Of a stretch of DNA of 64,000 nt, positions 42,905-55,962 are shown one piece after another. Made by a program: the position numbers and the translations under genes. The DNA is taken from NCBI GenBank assembly GCA_002245135.1, contig NGBS01001167.1, positions 1 through 64,000 on the forward strand. The letters run 5' to 3'. Origin of the DNA: Proteromonas lacertae (Eukaryota). Below the pieces are notes generated by a model, which ran no database searches, was not told the origin of the DNA, and worked only from the letters and a program-made list of their open reading frames with translations. Every line of letters starts with the position of its first letter. Position 1 is the first letter of the stretch.

Positions 42905-45900
42905 TTATCGAAACAATACACTGTAAGGACCATCAGGAGTTATATTCTTTAACCAGAAATTTATACAACTGTTGTGAAATTTTCGTTTTTCAAATTCTAG
43001 CGAGTTAGGATATAAACTCAATCGAAACATACATAATGGACAAATTCTCTTCACTGATGCACTTTCAATTAATTCTTTCAATTCATTCTCCATCCTTGTA
43101 TACATTATATCAAAACTATTCTCATTGTTGAATACTAAATTATATATTTTTTCTTCTTTCATATTTAAGAATAAAGTATTATAATGATTTAATAAATCCT
43201 TTAGTTTTGTTTCACATAATAAATACTTTGATATTAATACACATCGTGTGGTTATTAAAAATATTTCACATATTCCTTGTATAAAGATTTTCATTCTATT
43301 GTCTTCAATTATTTCATCTTTTTCTTCAAGTGTTGATAATTCGATTATTAAAGCACAAACAGACTCAATCTCATTTATTCCTTTATTTATCATTATTTCT
43401 ATATTCTTTACATATTTCTTATATCCTTTCTCTTTTATACAATTCAATAGATTTATTGTAAATAATAAACTCTTCTTTTTGTTATTACAACTCACACTTC
43501 CTTCATTATTATATAAATCTTCTAAGTCTAAATCATATACTTTATTAAATTCTTTTAATAATTTTGTATTATCTCCACATATCGTTTTGAATTTTTCTAT
43601 TAATGATATATAGGAAGGAATTATTTGAGGTGTTTTATTACCTATTGGTATTATACTGTTATCGTTACTATTACTTTCTTCTATTGGATTACTATAATAT
43701 TTTATTAATTCTTCAGATAAAGAATGATTATTATAATGTTCTATATAATTATCTAAATCATCGAATCTTTCTTCTTTTATTAATGATTTATAGATTTCTT
43801 CATTTTTATATTCTTTATTAACAGGTTTTACTGATATATCTACAAAATCTAAATCACTATTATTATTGTTTTGAGGTTTTGGTTTATTTAAATTATTTTC
43901 ACTTCTATCTGCAAATAAATCATCATCATCATCATCATCATCATTTATATTCTTCTTTACATTCTTATTATTTCTTACTTCTTTTTCTTCTGTAGATTGA
44001 GCTATTATTACTTTATCTGGATCAGCTAATGGAGATATTACATGAGACATATTATTATCTTTAGTAGGATGACTTGGAGGAATATCTTTGTTATTCTTTT
44101 TTAAACTATTACTTATTTTACTTAAGAATGAATTTGACTTCTTCTTTTCAGTATTATTAAAAATATTATCATTTGATGGTTTCTTTATTGATGAGAAATC
44201 AAAAGCATCAGAGGAAGCAGTTTGTGGAACATGAATGACATTAAAATCACCAAAATCTTCATCATCATCACTTCCGATTGTTATGGTTGATTCAACATGA
44301 GGTGGCATTTGAATTGTATTATCATTAAATCCAAAATTATCATCAGAATCACTATCACTTTCATTCACTTTGGATTTCTTTTTATCTTTACCTTTCTTTA
44401 AAGTTTTAGTGATTTTACTGAAATCTATATCATCATCATCATCTTCAGCTGTTTTTGGACCAATTACTCGTTTTGGTTTAGTGGTTTGGGGTTTTTCTTC
44501 TTTCTCATTATCTTTATCTTTTGGGTTTTCCTCTTTTTCACTTTCATTTTCTTTTTCACTCTCATCTTCAGATGAAGATTCTTCTTTAATTTGTTTCTTA
44601 TCCTTTTTTTCATTCTTTTCTTTTTCAATTTCTTCATCATCTTCTTCTTTCTTAATTTCAGATTCTAATTGTTGTTGTTGTTGTTGTTGTTGTTGTGTAA
44701 TTTCTTTAATGAATGAATCATCATCATCTATCAATAGACTATTGGTTGTTTCTTCAGTAGTTGAATTATTATTATCTATTAATGTATTAGATTCAATTGA
44801 ATCATCGTTTGTAGTTGGTCCAATAATCTCAGCAAAAGGATCCATTTCACTTTCTTTCAATTTTCTCATTTCTTCCTCTTTCCTCTTTCGTTCTTCTTCT
44901 TCAAATCTTTGTACTTCTTCAAATGTGTCAACTAAATCTTCTTCCCTAACTCCCAATAGATTTAATACAACTTTTTTACATTTTTCAATTAAATGTTCAT
45001 ATCCTTTGAATATTGGTAATTCTAATTCATTTTTACACTTTTCAAAATAATCTAACATCAATGCTCTTCCTTTATTTTCTAAAGATATTAATTTCAACAC
45101 ATCTAAAAATTGTGATTTATTCAATTCTTTGGTTTTATTTGGATCAGCTAATACCCATATTAATTTCAATCTATCTCGATTTACATTACTTAAACCAAGG
45201 AATAACACTGCATTTTTACCTTTCAATGTTCCATTCTTTTCTACATCAGCTGCATCAAATAATAAATCATTATAGGTATCCCATAATAGATTTATATATG
45301 TTTCATCATATTTACACATTAATTTACGACTAGTTTCCTATTTATATTATAATAAATAATAATAAATAATATATATATACTGGAATATTATCAAATGATA
45401 TTAAATCAACTTCATCCTTTGATTTGGATGTTATATTTTCAAGTTTATGTATGTCATTTACTAAATTTTCATATCCTTCAAACAGAGGAAGTGGTAAATT
45501 ATCATTATTTAATGATATATCAAATTTACCAGTAGTATTATATTGGGATATAAGTTGTAAAAATACTTTGAACTGATTTTCATATAATCTTCCAGTATTT
45601 TGATTATCAACTATTTGCCATAATACTTTAAGTATTTCAACAGGTACTAATGATTTCTTTAAGAATTTCACTGCAGGAATTCCACTTACAAATCCTACTT
45701 TATCAGCATCAGCTTCATTGAAGAGATATTTGTTATATTTATCCCATATTTCACTTTCATTTGGTTTTGGAGTTGATGGTGTTTGAGGTGCTTGTTGTTT
45801 AGTTTTTTTATTTGATTTATCTTCTTCTTCCTCTTCTTCTTCTTCTTCTTCCTCCTCAACATCATCATCTTCTTCAGATTCAGATTCATCTGATTCTGAT

Positions 45901-48010
45901 TCTTCTTTGCCTTTTCTTTCTTCTAAATATTGATCTTTACTTAATTTCACAGCTTCTTTCAATACACTCTCTAAACCAGTGAATTTGGGATAAGGTAAAT
46001 CCATTATATGTTCTTTTATATTACTTTTACTAACTTCTAAGCCTTTCAATGCTAATGCAATAGCTTCAATTATGAATGTAAAGTGTTCTCGATCAATTAT
46101 TTTCTTTTGCTTTTTATCTGCTTTTAAATAGATATCTTTTATTACTTTACCATCTAAACCACTCTTTTTCATTAGTTTTGCAGCTTCTACTATTGTTATT
46201 GTTTCTTCATCACTTGGATTACATTCCAACATTAATAAAGCACAATAATTATTCCACATATACTCTTTAAATTCTACATCATTTTCATCTATTTTTATTT
46301 CTTTCTTATTTTTCTTGTTCTTCTTTTTATTCTTTTCTTTCTGTTTTATTTCTTTCTTCGATTTTGTTATTTTAAGAGATTCTTTAGGTGGTGAAGGTTG
46401 TTGTAATGGAATACTTGTTACTGTAGATGATGATGAAGATGATAATGGACTTGGAGGTAAATTCATCGTTGATGATGATAGAAGTGGTTGAATTACCTGA
46501 GGTTGTGGAGGAGGAGGAGTTATTACAACTGGTGGTATTAATGGCTGTTGTAATGGTTGCTGTGGATAATAATATGGATTCACAGCAGGTGGTGTAGTGG
46601 TAGTATTTGGTTGTTCTATCATTATTGTTTGACCAGTCATTGGATCAATCATTTGTTGTAATGGTTGTTGAATTGGTTGTTGTGTTATTGGATCTATCAT
46701 CGGTTGAGTTGGTGGAATCATCATTGGTGTTTCAGGTGGAATTATTGGCTGTTGTAGTTGTGGTTGTGGTGGTATAGGTAATTGTTGTTGTTGTTCTGGT
46801 GGTAATGCATTCTGATTATCTACAGTTAATGGTAATGGAATTGATTCACTTACTGGTGGAATTGGTGGTGGTGTTGATATTAATGGAGGTTGTGATGGAG
46901 GTTGTAATATATCACCTGTTGTTGTTGTTGTTGTTGTTGTTGGTTCTTTTAAATTTTCAATCGTTCCTGGTGTTAATGGAACTACATTAGCAAATAATTC
47001 ATCAAATGATTTTTCAGCTGCTGCAGTTTGTGATGATGTTAATGGAATACTCTCAATTGGAGGTGATACTTCTAATGATGGTTGTACTTCCTGAGGTAAT
47101 GGCTGAACAACTTCTATAGCTGGCTGTGGTAATGGTTGTTGTTGATTTACATCTACTACTGGTATTACTGGTTGAACTTGTTGTTGTTGTGGTGGTGGTT
47201 GTGGTGGTGTTGGTGTTGGTGTTGTTTGTGCTAATGCCGGAGTAGTTGTTGGAAGAATCATTGATGGTGGCTGTTGAAGAGGTATTTGTTGTGGTATTGA
47301 TTGATTTATTCCTTGAATTGGAACTACTGGTTGTTGTTGAGGTAATATAGTTACTGGATTAACATATGATATTTGACCTGTTAATTTATTATAGAAGTAA
47401 GTAGATCCTGTACTTGGATCTATTGCTTGTACCCAATCGTTTCCTATTGTTGGAATTACACCAGGTTGTTGTGGTTGTTGAATTGGAGGTATTACTTGAG
47501 GCATTATTGGTGCTTGCGGCATTTGTGGTAATGGAATATTAGCAAATCTTGGGAAATAGATTGGCGTTTGTAATTGTAATGTTGCTTCCGTGACTGGGTA
47601 TCCGTTTTGAGCTAAAGCGATTAATTTCATTGAAGTATGCCAATCGTTTAAATCTAAGAAAGCTTTACCTTTTGATGATATTGCCCAAATCTATCGATAT
47701 ATAATATAACTTTATGATATACATCTCTTAATGTTTCTTTTGGTAAGCCTGATTGAGATAAAAATGGAACAGCTTCAGTTCCTTGGATAGTTCCTGTTTT
47801 ACTTGCATCTACTTGAACAAATAAAGAATCAACATATTGTGTATAAACAATTAATTGTGTTGGTTGCTGATATTGTGGCTATATAAAATATAAAAATGAA
47901 ATTATTACTTGGACATATTGTGGTGTATAATTATATTGCATTGGAACAGTTGTTGGAGCAACTACCACAGGTTGTAAGATTTGACTTTGATTGGGTGTAT
48001 TATTATCCAT
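42905..48010 (-). CDS. Synergin-gamma-like multi-EH-domain protein with WW domain
   Basis: About four EH-like repeats (FLSQSGLPKETLRD|IW, LMKKSGLDGKVIKDIY, FLKKSLVPVEILKVLW, FLGLSNVNRDRLKLIW), WW (DWVQAIDPSTGSTYFYN), DDDEDFGDF, and C-terminal CPLC...FHNSCINFWLKN as in synergin gamma. The ORFs join by an intron near 45338-45380. Confidence 0.75.
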
Positions 48011-48138
48011 CAAATAATGTTACTATATCAAAATAGAAAATATTTGATGAGTGACAAAGATTCAGAATAAAATCAAAAAACTAAGTCAAGCTTTGTCAAA
48101 CATGATTTATGAAAAAACATCCAAAACACAATTTCTGT

Positions 48139-49765
48139 TTATGTATAGAGCTTATGCTTAATAATATAAGTTAATTTAGCAAGTATATTAGCAGCTTCAC
48201 GAGGAGTTTGCACTTCATATACAATATGTGCCTATTTATTAGAATAGTAACAAATAAAAGATATACAATTCCATCTGCCTTATCAGGAGAATTGAAAAGT
48301 ATTTGAAATTGAACAGCGGAATCTCCAATATATCCAAACTATACAAAATCATAAAAATCAAAAATAATAATACTTCCCGAATATCACTAATCTTTCTCAT
48401 CTGTATTTTAACAGGTCTTAATCTCAATATTTTCTTCTTAGCCGGTTTATTATGAACAACCATATTATCAATTCCCAATTTCCTCTTCTGTTTCTTCATT
48501 CTCCTATTAGTCTTAATTACAATCCATTCTTCATAATCACCAGCAGTTAAATCATTATATAGAAACTCCTCAAATGGTACTCTTCTCTTAGTTGGATCTC
48601 CAAAATCATCATCTCCTGTTTCACAGTGTGGTTGTGGTTTATATACATAAGGATCATCTTCAAATACTTTCTCTTTTACAGCTATCTTTGTTATACCTGC
48701 ATGCATCAGTATAAAATCATTATTTAGTACAGATAATGCTAATCCTAATCGATTTCTATCTTCGTTTGTTACAGCAGCTTCCATATCATTGACATTCTCT
48801 ATTAATTTACCTATTACTAATTGCTGCAAAACTTGTAATACTGTTGTGGTTGAAATTATAGGGATTTGAGTCTTTTTAGTTGGTAGTATTACTTCCAACA
48901 TTACTTTATCTTCTTCTTCTTCTTCCTCTTTATCATCTTCTTGATTTTCATTATTACTGCTTTTCTTTAGACATAGACAATATGGATTAGTTTGTGATAT
49001 ATCTTCTGCATCCACTATTTCAGATATAAATGCACCATTGTCATAAGCTGATAAATCTTCATCTGGAACTCCTTCTTCATCAAAATCGGAATTACGAATT
49101 TCATAGTGTTTTGGATTTATTGAGTAATTATTGGATGTTAAATAATCTTCATGTTCGATTATTGCTAATTGGATTAGTTGTCTTATTGTTGATGATTTAT
49201 GAATCTAATTAATTATACTAATAATGAGCAAAATTATACAAATATTTTACATTTCTCTTTCCCTGGTAAATATACAATTAAAGGAATATAACCAGGTAAG
49301 TGTTCTTTATCTAGAAATATTGAAGATAATAATCTAATTGGAAGAAAATATAATACAATAGTATATACGATGGTCTATCTTCTGGTACATTTGGTACTTC
49401 TTGCTTTTCAAATACATTACCTTGTGAAGGAGAATCTATAGTGCTAAATGTCCTAGCTCTTCTTTTTCTAGCTATTCTTCCTTTTGCTTTTGATACAGAT
49501 TCAGCTTGTTGATTATTCTATAAATTAAAGCTTAATAAATACTGGTTCAGCAGATGGTTTTGTCTGTTTCTCTTCCTCTTCATCATCATTTCCTTCTACA
49601 TCACTTTGCTGAGGAGAATTGTGTAACATTTCATCAATTCTATAATATAAAGTAATGTATATACTTGATTTCGTTATAATGTCTGAAATTTTTACTGGTA
49701 GTTAAAGGATACTTCTTTAAATAGGTAAGAAACGTCTCCAAACCGTGTATATCCTCAAACTGCAT
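48139..49765 (-). CDS. SIN1: TORC2 subunit SIN1/Avo1 (CRIM-RBD-PH)
   Basis: CRIM-like YEIRNSDFDEEGVPDEDLSAYD, a ubiquitin-like/RBD segment, and PH domain YEEWIVIKTNRRMKKQKRKLGID ... YEVQTPREAANILAKLTYII; TAA 48139-48141. Confidence 0.78.
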
Positions 49766-49852
49766 TTAGATTCGTTAGAATAAAAAATAAAATAAAAACA
49801 ATATCCAAGCTACATTCAAATCAAACTTTGTTCGAACTTCTTTATTTTTGAA

Positions 49853-50991
49853 ATGGACGAAAAAAGTGATGCTGACCTTACAAGCTTATTATTTTGTAAT
49901 AATTGTTAGTAATTTATTTCTTACTAATGTATGATAGTGAAAAATTGTTTGCAACATCCTATTCAACGTATTTTTTTAATTTATAGTTTAATAGAGTATG
50001 CAACCATATTTTCTGCGTATATTCTACTGTGTTATACTTTTTATGATAGGAAAAGTATATTTTTCTTATCTAATCTTCTTTTGATGTTTCACAACTCTTT
50101 GCAACAAGGTATATGTAATATTTTTATACTGTTAGGGCTTATGCTGTTTAGTGTGTCAATACTCAGTTATCCAAGAGTTCAATTATTGAGTTAAGATTGG
50201 GATTACCAGTTACAGAAAGCATCTTATTTGTGATAAATGCGTACTAATCAATATTTATATCTAATTCATTACTACAGACTAATATTACAAGAGCCATTAC
50301 AATTCTTAGAAGAGATTTACAGATCTTTGACATTCAGACAAGAACAGTTGAGTTTGCTATTAAAAAGAAAGAGTGACAGTTACAAAGACATAGAAGAAGG
50401 TGCAAGAAAACGAGAAGAGCATTATCAAATCGAAATTAAAGAACTACAAAACATTTGTGAGAATCTGAAGAACAAGAATGAATCGTTATTGAGTGAGATA
50501 AATGAGAAAGACAAAACCTTAAACGAATTGAAACAAGCATATTTGGAGAAGTCTAATCAGAAGGAGAGTATTGAGAATATGTATAGTACATTAAGATCAC
50601 AAATGAGCCAATCATCACCATCACCATCACCATCTCCGTTATTACAACATAATAGTAATAATAATACAGTATATCCATCACCATCATTAGGTAGTAGAAG
50701 TGGGATAATTCAATTAAGAGAAAGAAATAGTATGATGATGATGATGAATAGAACTTATCCCAAAGTAGCTGTTCCTACACCTTCTAGATCGTCATTTGAT
50801 ATTGATGGTAATATTACTGGAAGAAAGTTTTTAAGAGTATGAATTATGTTGTTTATTGTAATTAGAATAATTTCTCAATGGTTAGACCTTCTACACCTTC
50901 AATTCAAAGACGTTTTGGTTCATTTGGTGGAGGCAATAATGGAAGTATGAATCAACATCAACAACAACAACAACAACAATCATATAGATAG
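49853..50991 (+). CDS. HEI10: HEI10/CCNB1IP1-like meiotic RING E3 ligase
   Basis: Manual splicing gives LFCNNCYEKLFATSYSTVCNHIFCEKCF...NTQLSKS...EPLQFLEEIYRSLTFRQEQ...ELKQAYLEKSNQKESIENMYSTLRSQ, colinear with plant HEI10 (CNACWREL..STTCGHLLC..LSKS..YRSVMF..EKSRQKRKLDEMYDQLRSE). The model needs a 5-nt exon and one TG acceptor. Confidence 0.8.
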
Positions 50992-51028
50992 AAAAAAAAA
51001 GAAAATCATTATTCTTTTTATTTCATCT

Positions 51029-51905
51029 TTATACAATTCCTATATTTTGAAATTCTTTTGTTAGTCTACTGAAATAATTTGGGTCATTTAAATACTCATC
51101 CTGACTTGCTTTGAAAGAAATTGAATTAGGAACAACATAAAGTTGTCCTGCCAAATTTTCAATCTTGAATAATACCTTTTTATTGAATGCCTCTGAAAAA
51201 AGTCCCTTTGATTCTGTAACCATCAATTGTTGAAGGAAGAAGTTGAGTATAAGCAAGTACCAACATAATGATTACCATCATCATCATCTCCATCAGGAAA
51301 TGAATATGTTATTCTAATGGTAGAACAATCAAATCCTGGTAATGATGAAAGCATGGTTGAACTAGTCATCTCACCTCTTGGTTGTGTAGGCTATTTATTG
51401 TATAGATATATAAAGTATAGATACCTTACCAGATTCTCGAAAATGAACTCTACATATGGGACATTTGTATGTATGTGGATAAGTTATCCACTGCAGCATG
51501 CAATGTTCATGTAATACATGATTACAAGTGTTTAGCTTCCATACAATATTGTTGTATTGAAAATTGTCAAAACAAATAGGGCATTCTACAGTAAACAATT
51601 ATATATACCATCTTGATAAGTTAGTTGATATACTCTGCTACTTACAGATGATAATTTTGAAATGTTTTCAGAAGATTCAGAAGACTTGACCCATTTGCTT
51701 AATTTAATAGCTAGTATACCCGTATGTAGATAAATATACAACATGATATATCATTTACATTCACAGGTGATTGTTCATCACTTTCAGATTTAGAACATCT
51801 TCTTTTCTTACCATTTTCTATTAGCAATAAGCATTTAAATGCCATACTAAATGGATAGTCTACTTTATATCTTCTATTTCTTGTCCTTTTGTAATAAAAC
51901 CCCAT
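51029..51905 (-). CDS. Deltex-like RING-H2 + DTC domain E3 ligase (two apparent +1 frameshifts)
   Basis: RING CPICF...CNHVLHEHC..W...CPICR, then DTC motifs TQPRGEM...SLPGFDCSTIRITYSFPDG ... LPSTIDGYRIKGLFSEAFNKKVLFKI ... DPNYFSRLTKEFQNIGI. Confidence 0.8.
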
Positions 51906-52094
51906 TTAAAATAAAAATTGAAATTACCGCCTAAATCAACTTTAATACATAATTATTTCTAATAGTATTAAATTTACCCACATATAAACAAACATTTATA
52001 CAAAAACAAATGTGCATACTATTAAACTTGAGAATTACTTGTCTTTTGCTATTAGTTTGAAAAAATGATAAATAATAAGGGGAAAAAGTAGTAT

Positions 52095-52862
52095 TTATTT
52101 ACGTGGAGGTAATCCATATTTCGTCGGATCAAATTCATTCAAATTGCTAATTATTTCATTTGCATTACAAAATCTGTCCATATTCGTAACAACTTGTGGA
52201 ACAGCGACAGCAATCATTCCTGCAGTATGTGCACCATCAATGCCATGTGGACTATCTTCAAAAACGATACAATCTTTTGGATCAGCTTTTAACTTCTCAG
52301 CTGCTTTTAAAAATATATCTGGTGCTGGTTTACCATGTTTAACTTCATTTGCAGTTGCAATTTGTTCAAAACGTTCAAACATTTCTTTATGTTTCTGAGT
52401 TTTGATTTTTAAATTCTCTGGTGTTGATGATGTTGCTATCGCTTGTTTTATGTGATGATCTGCAAAATATTTGGTAAGTTCTTCTGCTCCTATACACTTT
52501 TCTGTTAAATGCATCATCTCATGACAGTATTTTTCATACTTTTTACTCTAAATTAGATGAATTAAATGTATTTATACAAATTCTTCTGCTGTAATAGGAA
52601 GTTTCATACCATCCACAACTAATTGAGAATAACCAAGTGGTGGTAATCCTACCAATGATTGATACAACTCACTATAATGAATTTGAAAACAATAAAATAC
52701 TCAGATATCATCCCAGCATCTTTTCTTGTCTCATCAACAATTCTTTGCATTATTTTTCTGCTTAATGGTTCTGTATCAAGTAAAGTACCATCAACATCCC
52801 ATATAATATACCTGTTTGAGTATTCTATCACTATAAAAATAAGAATTTATACCAATCGACAT
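52095..52862 (-). CDS. HAD-family phosphatase (HDHD1/PUDP-like)
   Basis: Motif I WDVDGTLLDTE, motif II AIATSS, GKPAPDIFL, motif IV VFEDSPHGIDGA, and C-terminal FDPTKYGLPP. Confidence 0.9.
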
Positions 52863-53592
52863 TTTCAATTTTTATTCTCAAAGATGAAGCTTATACAAAA
52901 GATAAGTTTATTATTTGTATATTTTTGTTAAACACTATATGATGTTACGAAAATAATTTAAAAAAGGAGTTTGAAAGGATGATCTTTTTGAACATTGAAT
53001 GTATTTTTGTCTAAAAAAAACTAATATGATGTTTTTATTTGATTAAATAGTTACATGCATAATTATGGCAGTAAAAGAATGGATTTATATTTTATGACAT
53101 GCTATGTGACTAAAAATTTACCTATTAATAGAATGGTTAGAATATAATAAATCTATTAATAATGTTGTGAAACATTATAAATTAATGATGATGAAAATAA
53201 ATGAACTTTAAATTCTGAAACGAACATTTTTTTTGAAATGCATGTGTCTGGCTTTATGATGAAATAAAACTAATTTCTAAGATTTTCTATTGCATGAAGT
53301 ACTCCAAATACTTCATTTTAGAGTTTATATTTCTTTTCATATACCTCATTTTTATTATGTTTTTGAACATTTACTCTTTTTCATTATGCGTTATGGTTGA
53401 TATTATTACAATCAATTGTGATATGACTTTTAAACATCCAAATACTTCTTCCTTGTTGAGAAATACAATTAATTATTGAATAACTGAAACTATTTTTATG
53501 GGGTGTGAAAACTTGCATTTTGAAATTGTTGTTTTTTAATTTTAAAAGCATCTTACACACTCAAAAAGTCTCAAACATAAATATTTTAAGAT

Positions 53593-55755
53593 ATGAACGT
53601 AACATGTACTAGAATATCTCCAAAAAATCCTTATGAAAGAGAGACAAGGCTTTCTAATCTCCATTTACCTATTAATGAGCTAAGATTCCAGCCAATTAAT
53701 TCCTATTGCTGTAATACATCTCAGACAAGTTTAGGTGAACCACACTTAGTTGAAATTACAATCTGCTTTTCTTCGTTGTATGCTCATGTATGTATATGTA
53801 TTCATAGGTTAAATCACTACCAAATAAGTCATATTGAAGTAGAGGTCTGGACGAATACTAAGGACATTATAAAGTATTTGATCTAGTGTTATATTTATTT
53901 TAGTGATAAAGGTGAATGGCATAGTATTAAAATGTCTTTAGTTTCACTTACAAATCAATTGTCAACAACAAGGAGATTCCAGTGTCATATCTTCCCGATA
54001 AGTTCAGGACGATATGAATACACTTTCAGAGCACGTATATCACGTTTGCACAACAACAATGGATGGACATGGTATAACACACCAAATAACAATTTATTGT
54101 TATTCATTCTTCCAGATCCTGTGATTAGGAGCTTTCTACCTTCATCCGAATGGTTAAAAATAGTTTACAAGTGGTTTTTATCGTATTCATCATACTATAT
54201 GCAAGATCCCAGTGTAGTTTATATAATTAGTTTATTAGGTGGTTTTACATATTATTGTACTGGTAATGAAGAACAGTCTAAGCAATTAATTGAACTGTTA
54301 CTTCATTCATTATGGATACATGGTTCGTTTAATGTTAAAAGAGTATATTTGATGCTATATGATGAGTCGTATATTAACATCAGTAATTTAATAAACTCGA
54401 TGAAGTTATATATTCCAGATTACAACAATACTATTTATTTAATCTACAAGAATAGTAAAATTAATATGAAAAATAATAATAATAAAGATATAGTTAGCAA
54501 TAGTATCTTAGATTTATTAACCTTAGCTTTACCCGAATATTTTGTATTTAAGAAATGGGATGAAAATGAAGAGATGAATGAGGGAAAGAAAATATTGAAA
54601 AATAATGATTCACCTAACTCTATCAAGATGGTAGGCAATTGTAATAATAATAATTCAGAAGAACACTTGAGGAATTATACTAAAGATGAATATAATAATA
54701 ATAATAATATAAACAGTGGTAAAATATCATCATTATCAGCTATAGCTATTGAGATATCCAACACTTCAAGATTATTGTTATTTGATATGTTATTAGATTT
54801 AATATCTTCTATTACACCATCCTATATAACGAAGAGATTCTGCCATGTGGTTATTAATACACTATGTTTACCAATATCACCACATTATATATCATATCTA
54901 CAGAAGATTATATGCTCCATTTACTCTAAATCTATTGATTATAATAATATTAATATAGAAAATGTAGTAGTTAATAATAATAATGATAATCCAAGTGATT
55001 ATATATTAGACTATTTATTGAGTAATATAGTGATATATTGTGATGCATTTAGTGATAGTGTGAGCAATTGTGTTAATATAGAATGTGCCTGTTTAATGGA
55101 TTCAGTATCAAATATCTCTACAAATGGAACAATCTTGAGTTTATTATTTAAAATCGTTACTCAATTAATAAAACAATGTGTTGGTGATATTCCAATGAAT
55201 ATTATATTTAACTACAAACGTAGTGGATTTATAATGAATAGAAGACATTTGCATAAAATTACTAAGACATTGTTACATACACAATTGAATCTAGAAGTCT
55301 CCCATCCAGATTATATTAGAATAATGGAAAATATATTATTAATAACAAAACATGATGAGATAGAAGCTAATAATATAGCTTTATTCATACTCAATCATTG
55401 GCCTGTGAGAAATAGTATGAAAGTGAGTATGATTTATCGATTCTTAACTTCCTCATTTCGTATTATGAAAGATAATAAACTAAACTATACTCAAAGAGTA
55501 ATAGAAAAGTTACAAAATAGGATATTGTATAGTTTTAATAGTTCCAACGTTTTTATAATTCAAACAACTTTAAAGTTTTTGGATTGTGAAAAGTATTCCA
55601 TATTTTGGGATACTTTAGATGAATGTAGTTTGTCTTACCCTTTTATTAATAAGCTGTTGGATAAAATTGAGAAGATCAATAAGAATTGGAACTATGAATT
55701 ACAATCGTATGGTATTAAAGTGTATAATCTTTTAAGAGAAAAATTCGTTAAATGA
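53593..55755 (+). CDS. Unknown beta-rich N-terminal domain fused to a divergent PP2A B56 (B')-like helical domain
   Basis: C-terminal ILNHWPVRNSMKVSMIYRFL, SFNSSNVFIIQTTLKFLD and NKNWNYELQSYG align by eye with B56 (LLKYWPKTHSPKEVMFL, CVSSPHFQVAERAL, THWNKTIH). The N-terminus carries EVWTN, GEWHS, YEYTFRAR and WTW. Confidence 0.55.
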
Positions 55756-55962
55756 TTTATATGTTTGCACGAATGAACTTTTATATCTTTTACTATTATA
55801 TGTGTTACATTATCTTACAATGTGTTTGTTCGTTTTAAATGCATTGTGTGATGTTGCATTTCTTTTTCAATCCCCTTCTCTATTTTGTTGATTGTTTTAT
55901 TATTTGTTGTTGTTGTTTGGTTAAAATGAAAGAATAAAAAAAGTCAATTGAAATTATAATTT

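Noticed and set aside
44370..45050. Long antisense ORFs rich in Ser/Phe/Cys/Leu (also 9589-9981, 34470-35004 and others)
   Set aside because: They are shadows of low-complexity Glu/Asp/Lys/Gln coding sequence on the opposite strand.
53294..53479. 61-aa hydrophobic ORF in the HAD/B56-like spacer
   Set aside because: It has no motif, intron support or homology I recognise, and is expected by chance in AT-rich DNA.
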